Shown: positions 1 to 10,840 of the stretch, piece after piece | Layout: each line of letters begins with the position of its first letter | How positions within the stretch are numbered: the first letter of the stretch is position 1 | NCBI GenBank assembly: GCA_030390025.1 | Contig: CM059432.1 | Location: forward strand, 117,430,001-117,494,000 | Direction of reading: 5' to 3' | DNA: 64,000 nt | Source: Squalus acanthias | Taxonomy: Eukaryota | Notes under the pieces: model-generated | What the model was told of the DNA's origin: nothing | Databases searched by the model: none | The model's input: the letters and a program-made list of their open reading frames with translations, nothing else | Made by a program: the position numbers and the translations under genes

Positions 1-382
1 GGAAGACGTTCGATGACCAGAATCACCATCGACTTACCTGGCTGGACCACGGATTGTTAATACCCCTGTCTGGTGAGCATTATCCCTGATCTCCTGAAAC
101 CGAAACCTAGCTAGAAGTGGGAAGTTTTGGGAGGGATAAAGGTTTTTATTTTTCTTGTATACTGTCATTTTCCTCGCCTGTAACCGTGTGCTCCCCAAAC
201 CTGTTTAAGTGTGAAGTGTGTTTAAGTTTGTTACCTTTTCACTTTAATAAAAGTTATAGTTCTTTCATTGGAACCTGTGGCCTACTGCATTTTTATTCAC
301 AACCCCTAAATAAGTCCAAGTTTTGAACCTGGGGCGTGGGAGCGATTTGAACCGCTCACTTTATAACAACCACACCCTTACA
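1..382 (+). mobile_element. 3' part (R/U5) of a long LTR, running off the window start; homologous to the LTR at 9843-13920
   Basis: Ends CACACCCTTACA (382); AATAAA at 246-251; shares TGGTGAGCATTATCCCTG, ACTGTCATTT and AAATAAGTCCAAG with the reverse complement of 9843-10130; no PBS follows. Confidence 0.75.
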
Positions 383-680
383 ATACTCCTTGAGCCATTT
401 CCTTCGCAAGCCATCCAGTGGTCTCACTTGCCAATTACTGCTGAATAAAAGGTAGTTTTCTTCTGCGTCCATTTGGAACTGCCCAAGCTAATCTCGCAGT
501 TAAAGTAAAGATTCCTCCCGGTGCACCAGATCCCACAGGTGAAAGTCTGGTGCCTAATGCTAACAAAGTCCCCTAAATATATTTTTTTAAATAGAAGAGA
601 AAGTTGGTCCTGTACATTAAATATAGAGAGCAGACTGTCTACCTGTTGACTCCATGTAATAATCGCCAGGCCAATACTGA

Positions 681-1127
681 AAAAGAAAAGAAAGACTTGC
701 ATTTATATAACGCCTTTCATGACCTCAGGATGTCCTAAAGCGCTTTACAGCCAATGAAGTACTTTTAAAGTGGAGTCACTGTTGTAATGTAGGAAATGTG
801 GCAGTCAATTTGCACACAGCAAACTCCCACAAACAGCAATGTGATAATGACCAGATAATCTGTGTTTAGTGATGTTGGTTGAGGGATAAATATTGGCCAG
901 GATACCGGGGATAACTCCCCTGCTCTTCTTCAAAATAGTGCCATAGGATCTTTTACGTCCACCTGACAGAGCAGACATTTAACATCTCATCCAAAAGACG
1001 GCACCTCCGACAGTGCAGCACTCCTCAGCACCGCCCTGGAGTGTCAGCCTAGAGTTTTGTGCTCAAGTCTCTGGAGTGAGACTTGAACTGACAACCTTCT
1101 GACTCAGAGGTGAGGGTGACAACTGAA
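681..1127 (-). mobile_element. tRNA-derived Deu-domain SINE (SacSINE1-like)
   Basis: tRNA-like head on the minus strand, central GCTGCACTGTCGGAGGTGCCGTCTTT Deu-like core, A-rich tail; similar copies at 29645 and 46083. Confidence 0.8.
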
Positions 1128-1779
1128 TTAAGATGTTGTAGAAAGACAAGATAGATGAAATAAAGGAGCATATTTATTTTGGGCTTGCTCTGTAAATAAT
1201 AAAATTATTGCTTTGTGCCTTCCAATTTGTGTGCGTGTCTCACTTAAGCTTCTGTTTATATTTTCATAACATTCTATCTATCATCCCCCTTCCACAGGGA
1301 GTGGGGTCATCCTTTAGGCAAGCACAGTTCAGTAGTGCACAAACTCCATCTGTTCTGGGATGCAACGTTTAAGTACCTCCAGCAGAACATCCAGAAGCAA
1401 AGGGAACTGTGGTGCCCGCAGCAGCACTAGCATAAAGTTATTAAGGCAGATGATGGATCAGCAGAGGCAGAACCTCCTAGCAGCTGCCAACATACTTGGC
1501 AGGTAGGTTACGTCTTAAGCAGCTGGCTCACCAATGCTTCTACACAGAAGAATGATGAGCAATCCAGAACCATGGTTTGCAATGCAACCGAACTGTAGCC
1601 AGGGGAGAAGCCAAAGTCTGAGTAAGTGGACCTTCACTCAGAGAAACGTAACAGGTAAATACCCTGATGTTAATCACCATTTGGAAATAAAAGTGATATT
1701 CTCTCTTTTCATGACTAAATGTTATGCTGTAGTGACGTTTTACCTTTTGAGGGAAGGTGCTCTAAAGGAATTTCTATGA

Positions 1780-2288
1780 AGTGTGTATAAGTGTGTGTGG
1801 GTGTGAGTATATTTATGTAGGTGTGTGTGTGGGTGTGGGTATATTTGTGTGGTTTTGTGTATATGTTTGTGTGTGTATATGTGTGGAGGTGTGTGCGTGT
1901 GTGTGAGTGTGGGTACGTATATGTTTATGGGTGGGTGTGTGTGCGGGTGTGTGTGTGTATGTGGGGGGTGTATGCATGTGTGGGTGGGTGTATTTGGGTG
2001 TGTATGTGTGTGTGGTTTTGTGTATATGTGTATGGGGGGTGTGTGTGTATTTGTGGGTGTGTTTATGTGTGTGGGTGTGTGTATGTGTGTGTGTATATAC
2101 GTGTGTGTGTGTGCATAGGTGTGCACGTGTGTGTGTGTTTGTGTGTATGTGGGTGCGGGTGGGTGTGGGTGTGGGTGTATGCATGTATATGTGTGTGGGT
2201 TTGTGTATATGTGTTTGGTGTGTGGGTTTGTGTATTTGTGTGTGGGTTTGTGTATATGTGTGTGGGTTTGTGTGTGGGTGTGTGTGTG
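1780..2288. repeat. Degenerate (GT)n / GTGTAT-type microsatellite, ~500 bp
   Basis: Directly visible; gives rise to spurious HT- and CV-repeat ORFs. Confidence 0.97.
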
Positions 2289-3403
2289 GAACCCGTTGTG
2301 TCTGTTTTATGGGTGCAGAATGGAGCCAAAAAGTATCAATTTCATGGTGCTATCTTCTAACAGGCGCCGGCAACACACCCAAAGCTTTCCCCTATATACA
2401 CCAACCTTTCATTCTCATCACTTATACCATAGTTGCAACGACTGTTGGAACTTTCTCTTCTCCTTTCTCCCATAGTGCCCATCAACACTGGGCCTCTTCT
2501 TTCCTTTCCTGTGAAATCTCCATTAAGATCCTCTCTCTTCAATCTCCACTGATGCTAGTCTTTCTCCTTGTAACGAACCTGTTGCCTCTAATTCTTCTCT
2601 TCGCATAATTTTTTTGTCAGCTCCTGTTGTGAACAATACAACATTATTGTCTTAAATATTTATTAGTTTTCATGTTGGGGTGAATTTCAACAAAATATTG
2701 TTTATTCCTCTAGATGAGGTAAATTTTGCAAGGTTCACAACTCCTGGTGCAGATTGGAGGAGAGGGCACAACGGTCCTCTAATTCTCTGATCCACACTCC
2801 TGCCGAGCGAGGCTCTGTACTGAGAGCAAAGCCTCACACAATTCTCCCTCTTTTTAAAAAATTACATGCAAGAATGTCCTTATACAATAGTACTCGGGGA
2901 TAAGGTAACTGGAAGTGAAACAAGTTGGGAAAGCCTTTTCCGCTTGAATGACACCCATGTTGAGCAACCCTATTATTAGTAAGATGCCTGAATTATGTTA
3001 CATATGGTTTGGAATGCTCATTGATGAATTTCCTGTGTGACACTTTGTCTTGGCCAGCTAGCCTTTTAAGGAGCCTCCCGCTGAACTATTCCATATCTCA
3101 TAGAGAGTAGTGCCATCAATTTCTCCATATTTTATTTGCTCTGTTCCCAGTGAAATATCTGGAAGTCCCACTCAAGAAGCTCAGCTTGTTTATGTTTTAA
3201 GTGTCATAAAGCACTTCATAATTATGGCATGACATCAGCTGGGATTTGTACGTTTTAACAATTTGTACAGCAACCTTGGCTTGTGTTACTGTTCGCAACT
3301 TATTTTGACACAGACAATTGAAGTTTCATTTAAATTCAAACATTTTTAAGATACTTTTAATTTTTCTCGCCTGCCCTTCTTTGAGGTCTTTATACCACAT
3401 GTT

Positions 3404-4005
3404 GGGGGTGAAATTGATCTTCTGCAGTAGCGCTGGAGTGCTTCAGCTATGAAGAGGGACTGGACAGGCTGGGGTTGTTTTCCTTAAAGCAGAGAAGACT
3501 GAGGGGGGACCTGATTGAGGTGTACAAAATTATGAGGGGCATAGATAGGGTAGATAGAAAGGAACTTTTCCCCTTAGTAGAGGGGTCAATAACCAGGGGG
3601 CATAGTTTCAAGGTAAGGGCCAGGAGGTTTAGAGGGGATTTGAGGAAAAACTTTTTCACCCAGAAGGTGGTTGGAATCTGGAACTCACTGCATGAAAGGG
3701 TGGTAGAGGCAGGAACCCTCACAACATTCAAGAAGCATTTAGATGAGCACTTGAAACGCCATAGCATACAAGGCTACGGACCAAGTGCTGGAAAATGGGA
3801 TTAGAATAGACAGGGCTTGATGGCCGGCGCGGACACGATGGGCCGAAGGGCCTCTTTCTGTGCTGTATAACTCTATGTCTCTATGACTCTAAAATGGAGA
3901 TAACACATCAACAACACAGTTTACGCTCTATGGACAAGAAAATCCGGCAGGCTGTAAATCGGGCTGCTGATTCGCTATCGCCCATTTTGTCCCAAATTTC
4001 ACCCC
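3404..4005. mobile_element. Harbinger-type MITE interrupted by a CR1 3' fragment
   Basis: Ends GGGGGTGAAATT ... AATTTCACCCC with GTT on both sides (3401-3403, 4006-4008). Confidence 0.6.
3434..3890 (+). mobile_element. 5'-truncated CR1 LINE (ORF2 C-terminus plus 3' tail)
   Basis: ORF 3475-3804 FSLKQRRLRGDLIEVYKIM...FFTQKVVGIWNSL; CTCTATG tail repeats. Confidence 0.93.
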
Positions 4006-5629
4006 GTTATCTTCAGCTGAGGCAGTAAACCTCCTCCTAGGCCTCTAGTTATGCTGTTCTATCACTGGCTGGTAGGGACTATGTGAGAATGGCTCAGTTG
4101 TAAAGCACACACTTGAAATATAGAAACCCATCCATGCACGGGTTGAACGCTGTGAACAAACATCACAGCAGCCATCACATGCAACAATACCTCACACAGT
4201 TGGAAAAACTTGGAAGGTGCAATTTTCGGCGCATAGGTTTAAATTCGACGTATGCAGAGATGACGTCGTAGTGAAAATTATTAGCGTGCTGACCAACACA
4301 TTCCTGCATGGAAATATGAAGCAGGCATTAAAAGCCATTGATTGAGCTCCCACAGTGGCTTTGTGATATTGCCATCCAGTGAGCTCTGCTGGCACATGGA
4401 TACGTGCGTGGATATTGGCTTGGGGGAGGATCAGGTTTGGCTTCGATGCCCCACTTATAGCCAATTGACTCATACTGTCAAGGCTGACACAGGAAGATTG
4501 CCCACCTGGGTAAGGTACTGCAGGATCAAATGGCATGGTATCCCAGCATGAGTAAAGGAAAGGAGAGGGAAGAATTGGATTAAAATCTCAAAAGTGATTG
4601 TATTTAGAAATAGAACTAAATGGGGAAGGAGGAAGAAAAAAGTATGTAACCACATTATAAAATTATATAATTAGTTTAGGCCTATTAATAACAAAGGTCA
4701 ACCACAAGCTTTAAAAGATCTTTTTCATTTGTTTAAAACTGCACTAAATTTGGCAAAGAGTTTGATTGCGTAATATATCAGGGTAATAACAGTGAAATAC
4801 TTAAAAGGGAAAGCTTATTGGCCTGTACCACTGATATTGAGAGATGGAACGCAGGCTTTTTAATAGTAGCAATAAAGCAGTGCAAGTGATGTATGCTTTA
4901 GAGCTGAAGAGTTGGTCAGTCGCACCAGAGTCACAACTTCCCTTTTCCAAAGGAGACATAATGCAAATCAGTAAACCAGCTGTCGTCACCTGAATCTTTT
5001 ATAGAGGGCTCATCCACGCATGTTGCAGTATCCCTTTTAGCAGGCTGCATTGCAAAATGTCAAAATTCAATTAGATCATGCACGGGGAAGAGGCAGGAAT
5101 GCTTCATTGATCGGGCAGAAAACATCACGATGCATGATATAAATGCAAGCATTCGGTCTAATTACTAAGTGAATGTGCTTGGCCTTGCCCAAACTTTAAG
5201 TTGCTTACAATTTTTATTTAAAATATTACATACAGGCAGTGTAGACATAAAATCTGTGCTGTTAGACATCATATGCAGCTCAGGAGTTGTGCTGTATGAA
5301 AATTCTATTCATAAATTCAGGTCATTAATTACACTCTAAGCATTAAATAACAGAGCATATCATAAGGTCCCTGCTATATGTACGATGAGTGAATCGCAAT
5401 GGATAAAGTAAGAGTTGCAATGTTTTATTTTTGGCCAGTTGACCATGTTTAAAAGGTCTTCAGGTCAGGTTACTGAAAAATCTACACCCAATCTGTTGGA
5501 TTCTATTTGCCCAATTAGGAGTGCATACTTTTTCCCCGTAGGGACACATGCCACTTACCCATCTCCAGACAGCTTAGGTGCAGGCTGAGAGAGGTAAGGA
5601 GTAGAGACCCTCAAGTGGATCCCTCAAGT

Positions 5630-6270
5630 TTAACCAGTTAACCTGGTGTGCGGGAGTGCGCACACATGTAGGCTAGAATCCCATCCCATCCCCTCCCCGG
5701 CATCTTGCCATTGTCTGGAGAAGATGATGGATACACCTGTGGGGCAGGCTTTCTCTGATCCCCACATACAAACATAGACTCCCTGTTCCGACTCCCACCA
5801 CTTATCCCAACACACACTCACTCCCCCTTGGGTCCCTGTGATTGTCGTTCCCTAATCTTTCCCAGTCGGCTGTGTGGTCCCCTGCGTCCCTGCTCAGCTT
5901 CCTGAGCCACCACCACCTATTCAGGGGAATCCGTCCCTTGCAGGTAAGGCACACACGCTTCCCCTCGGTGACACTGACCCTTGTGGCCACGACCTGTACC
6001 CTGGGGCATGGGAGGGAGGCCTCCCCGTACGTAAACCCGGTCTGGCTGGAGTATCTTGTGGAGTTGGACCCCAGCCACCCAGGCCACCTTCCCTCGTGGA
6101 AGTAGATGGCGAGCTCCTCCACTCCCCGTTCGCCACCCCCTGCGGTGACGACCGGTGCTCTCTCTCCCTAGCACCCATAGATGTGGGAGTCCTCCACGTC
6201 ACCTCGGTCACCGATGCTCACCCCTACCAGGGCGAGCAGGAGCAGAACCCTTGTGATGCCGATTTCCTTT
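5630..6270 (-). pseudogene. env-position ORF with signal peptide and Ig-like domain (one in-frame stop, one frameshift, truncated)
   Basis: Acceptor TTTTGTGTGTCCCTACAG (AG at 6272-6271); then ITRVLLLLALVGVSIG; same frame as ORF 5802-6122 (NST sequon, VSVTEGKRVCLTC, RWWWLRK); shifts to ORF 5630-5821 with EQGVYVC. Confidence 0.6.
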
Positions 6271-6979
6271 CTGTAGGGACACACAAAACAGACAGCCATG
6301 TCCCGAGAAGGTTCTCTGGCTTGACAGGTGATCGATTCTTGAGACCTTTAAACTTATTTACTAAAATCCTTAAAACTAGAATTCTTGAAATCCTAAAAAC
6401 TACCAAAACCGTAAAACACACCTAAAATTCACTAAAACTCTGTACATTCGCCGCCCGTCTCCGGACGGCCAGGTCAATCCCTGTATGGCCTCTGCCTTGG
6501 GCAGCTTCTGAGCAGCCTATATGCCTGGGCGTAAGGTGGCCTGTACCGCAGGACCCTGAGAGTCCTTCTTAGAGCAACTGAGGGCTTCCCTGAATCCCTG
6601 ACAATCCCAGGAGTGTCCCCTCCTGTGCTACAGCACACTATCCCCTTTGGTGTGGCTGCTGAGTCCCTGTCCTGTCCTGTGGGTTCCTCACAGCCTGAGG
6701 CTGCAGGCTGGGGATCCCTAACCTTTGAACGCTCCCTGGCCTTGGGCACTCCTTTTTGGGTTGCAGCCCCCTTTGGGCTGACCCACTGATACACAGGTGA
6801 CCACGGGCAGTTTAGGCTGTGGTGTGCGGGGAGACCTTCTCAGGACTCTGGCCCCTGGGGGTGTGCCTGAGTCCCACATAATCGGTGGAGTGTACCCTCC
6901 TGTGATACAAGCCACAGTCCCCGCCACTGCAGCCTGTGAGTCTGCCACAGCTGCTGGCTGGGGATTTCTAACTTTGGGG

Positions 6980-8015
6980 TGGTCCACCTTTGCTGACTGT
7001 TCCTTTTCTCGGGTTTAAACAGCTTGCATTGGTTGATGTGAAACCACTTTGTACGGCGGGGCATCTTTATGGCATAGACCATGGGGCTTGCCTTGTCCAC
7101 AATGTGGTAGGGCCCCATGTACAGTGGTTCGAAACTCACCACCCGGGCAAAATTCCTGACCATGACCTGGTCTCCTACCTCCCACTCGTGGTGCTTGCGG
7201 GGTTCCAGCAGCAATCGGTTACTCTGATGCTGTTTTTCCATGTTGCTCGCAGCCTGCCAGTGGACCTGTTTAAAAATCTCTTCCGCTGCCCTGAACGGAC
7301 CTTCTAGGGACTCCCCATTCTCTCTCTTTACCAGGACGGCCTTAAGGACGGGATCCTGGGCTTGGACCTGCTTTAAGTCCGGGGGCAAAGCTACCCGCTG
7401 TGTGCCTCCCTTGTCCTGGATTGCGGCTACCGGACCTGCTTTATAGGGATCCCAGAACTCTCCTACCCTGGCCCCCTGCTTGGCCAACTTGTCGGCCTTT
7501 TGGTTACCCTCCCACGTGGTATGGAGGGATCCTAAATCTATGGCCAAAGGTTTGGACATTGCCCCAGCCTGCTCGTTCCCTGTGAATCCCATTAAACTGT
7601 AAGGAGTTTGCACATTCTCCCCGTGTCTGCGTGGGTTTCCTCCGGGTGCTCCGGTTTCCTCCCACAGTCCAAAGATGTGCAGGTTAGGTTGATTTGGCTA
7701 TGATAAATTGACCCTTAGTGTTAGGGGGATTAAATACGTGGGGTTACGGGGATAGGGTGGGATATGTGTCGGTGCAGGCTCGATGGGCCGAAATGGCCTC
7801 TATCTGCACTGTGGGGATTCTGTGATTCTGTGATTCTGTGGGACCCCGTTAGACAGAGGTGAGGCTGTGGGATTCTCTGAATAGATTATGGTGCTGGAGG
7901 CTCCAGCATCTAACAGATAAGTCTCTTTCACCTTTTTCACCTCTATCCTAACAAGTGGCCTCTTCCAAGCGTCGTACTCCAGGGGACACAGGTAGACAGG
8001 CTGCGCTGGCTCTAG
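6980..8015 (-). pseudogene. pol remnant: aspartic protease joined in frame to the RNase H C-terminus and the integrase C-terminus (RT and IN core deleted); SINE inserted in the protease
   Basis: YLLDAGASSTII (DAG at 7902-7910); GNQKADKLAKQGA; VGDQVMVRNF...YMGPYHIV...WFHINQCKLF (GPY/F region) in ORF 6840-7613. Confidence 0.85.
7603..7840 (+). mobile_element. 5'-truncated HE1-like V-SINE
   Basis: V-domain GCGTGGGTTTCCTCCGGGTGCTCCGGTTTCCTCCCAC; CR1-like tail GATGGGCCGAAATGGCCT and (GATTCTGT)n. Confidence 0.85.
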
Positions 8016-9840
8016 TCATAAGTCTGTGTTTGGTGGGGCAGATGGGGTTGCTGTCCCAGTGGCTGTGGCTACCTTTCCTGGGCCAGTTAACAAGGCTCAG
8101 ATCGCCTCTACGACCGAGTCTAATGTGTGGGGAGAGGTCGGGGTTTCTACCTTTGGGGCAGGGGCTGGGGAATTCTTTCCTAGGTTATCCTTCCACGGAT
8201 TCCTACAGTCCTTCCTCCAATGCCCACTCTTCCCGCACCCGAAACAGTTACGCTTCGTGTCAGAAGGGTTACCCCCCTTCCTGGTGCCACTGTTTCTTAC
8301 CCTGGCTGGGTTTTATCTCATGCACCTTCCCCTTGGGTGGATGCTCCTCTGCCCCTCTGCTGTTCCGGTAAGCCAGGGTCAGTTGTCTGACCACTGTCTC
8401 TTCGGTGCCCCGGGGGTCCCTTGGGTCAAACCACAGCTCGGCCTTGGCCCTGATCCGTGGCAAGCTGTTTGTCACTAGAGTTCGGAGCCAGTGGGCCAGC
8501 TCATCCTGATTCAGGTGAGCCCTGTCGAGAGCCCCATTACAGGCACTCCTGCACACAGGCCACAGTCGGTCTGCGAAAGCCTGTGGAGTCTCCCCTACTA
8601 GCTGTGTAGTCTTCTCCACCCAGGAGAAAGGACTACCATCGTTCATACCCATGGCTTCCAGGACTTCCTCCCTGATAGCAGCATATCCACCCTACCCTCT
8701 TTTACTCTCTGCGGAGAGGGACTGGTAGATTTTGCTGTCCAGTGAGAACAGGAGCATTTTGGCCATCTCGGCATCATCACAGTCATTGATGCCCGCTACC
8801 TATTCCACTTCCATGAAGTGGACCGAGGGGTCCCCTTCTTGAGTGAGCTTACTCAGGTGGCTTACCATAGCCCTAAGCTGTTGGGTACCGTGGGGAGCCA
8901 CAAATTGGCTTTCAAGGGGTCCTTGACCCTCACCACTGTCGGGCGGGCCAGTCTTTTGCTGCCGGACCGAGCACATCGGCCCCGGCTCTGACCTTTCCTG
9001 CATTGGTTCACCCTCCCCTCCCTGCTGCCAAACCGAGTTAAAACCCGACACAACAGGTGGTGGTGTGCACTCCCTGCCAGCCTCACAAATCGCCCTTCCT
9101 TCCTGCTGCCCAACCGAGTCGTTCCCCGGCACCACAGGTGGTGTTCGAACAGTATCCCCCTGCACTTCCTGGTCCACTCGGGCCGTACCCTGGATTAACA
9201 GGCATACCATGCCTTTGGCTCTGGACAGAGCAAGGTTCAAACTTTCTATTTGTTTCTGGCAGGGGCCGTGCTCTCCCGCTTCATACCCCATTGTGCTTGC
9301 TACCTTGTAAGCTGCCTGGACATCTCTTAACCTCTCCTCTAGTTCCTTTACTTGCCTGGCAAGGCAGGTGTTCTCTTCCCTCAACACTAGTTCACTGGTT
9401 TTTGCTTCGGTGACCTGACACTGAAAATACTCTTGACTGTTCCTGTGCATTTCCACTGACTGCATCCTTTCCTGATCTCGGGCTGTTAGCTCATTCAGTA
9501 GTGTTTCCCCTGCTAGGGCCCTTGCTTGAGACAGCTGAGCAGACTCCTGCAGTTGTGCTTTGAGTGTCTCTACATGTTTGTCCAACAGTTGTATCTGTTT
9601 CTGGGAGCAGATCAACCAGATGGCCTTTTCCACAGATTTCCTGTGGTCTTTGCTTTCAGTCCACTTAGTTGCAGTGTCTATTGGACATTCAGCACATAGC
9701 AGACTGAGTACCCACTTCTTAGTTATGTTCACCTTTTCGAACACATAGGAGGAAATCCTTTCCTTCATCTTGGTTCTCTCCTCAAAAACAGTTTCCACTG
9801 CATCACATCCCTTTTGCCAAGGTCCTGCCGTGTTCGCCAT
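8016..9840 (-). pseudogene. gag (coiled-coil N-terminus, capsid-like region, CCHC zinc knuckle, PSAP motif) with stops and frameshifts
   Basis: ORFs 8800-9840 and 8269-8652; CFGCGKSGHWRKDC at 8205-8246; PSAP at 8034-8045. Confidence 0.85.
9822..9839 (-). promoter_or_regulatory. Primer-binding site TGGCGAACACGGCAGGAC
   Basis: Starts with TGG three nt after the LTR end CCCCTACA (9843); resembles the complement of tRNA-Arg or tRNA-Ser 3' ends but not assigned. Confidence 0.75.
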
Positions 9841-10840
9841 TCTGTAGGGGGTGGTGGTTTGTGTCAGCTTTTACCTCTGACTTCTGAGCGGTTCTAGACC
9901 TTGGACTTATTTGGGGGTTGTGATACAAAGGTGCAGCAGACAACTGAGTTTGATGAAAGAACTTCAATCTTTATTAAAAGGTAAGACACAAATAATAACA
10001 CTCATCACTCTAAAGGTGGGGAACACTTCGGTACAAGCGAGGGAAATGACAGTAGAACAACACTTCACCTCTCCCAACCCCACTTTACTAGCTAAGTTAG
10101 GCTTTGAAGGACCAGGGATAATGCTCACCAATCCTTTGACAGTTGGGCTAAATCGCGGTTTTGGGGTTCGCTGTTTATGGCAGTTAGTGTCTGCCGTACC
10201 CCATACGTGGTAGAGGACTTCACCTGCGTCTCTGGTCAGTCTTCGCGAGTCCACTGATGCGGTAGGATGTCGTTTTGGATTTATCTGGTGAGTATCCAAT
10301 TTCTTTGGTTTAGCAGTAGGGCTTGGAATCTTTGGGGAAAATCTTACCCAGGGGTAAGCCAGGAGTATTTTGTAGTGTGGAAACTTTGCGGTTCTTCGGG
10401 TTTTCTTCCCTGGAGTTGGTCTTTGTTGGTTGCGGTGGCCTGCTATTACCCGGTCAGTTGGGGGTAATGCGCAGTTGTTGGTTTCGTGAGGCCTTTGGTT
10501 TCCGCGATGGCTTTAGGCCTTGTTTAGTGTGTCGGTCGACCTCGTGGAGCCGTCAGTGACTTGTTGCTGCTTGTTGCTCCGGGTGTCTGTGTTGGGGCCG
10601 TTGTTGGAGTTCCATCGAGGTGGTATCTTCACGAGCTGGACTCATGTGTGTCGGAGTGGTGAGCGATGCCGACTCGCTTCCAGCTCGGGCCTTCTTTTTC
10701 TTGGTCTCTTCTTCTGATGACCACCGGTTGCGACTGACTGCTCAACTCCCAAATTTGGACTGTTGCGTGTGCTTGGTGGGCCTTCAATTATACAAAATTG
10801 AAGTGGCCTTATCTACCCGCCAAATCTACTCAGTTCATTG

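Noticed and set aside
1298..1502. Exon-like segment with AG/GT boundaries
   Set aside because: Stops in all frames; LLRQMMDQQRQNLL resembles a Harbinger Myb last exon, so probably an old TE remnant
1740..2608. Long His/Thr and Cys/Val ORFs
   Set aside because: Translations of a GT microsatellite
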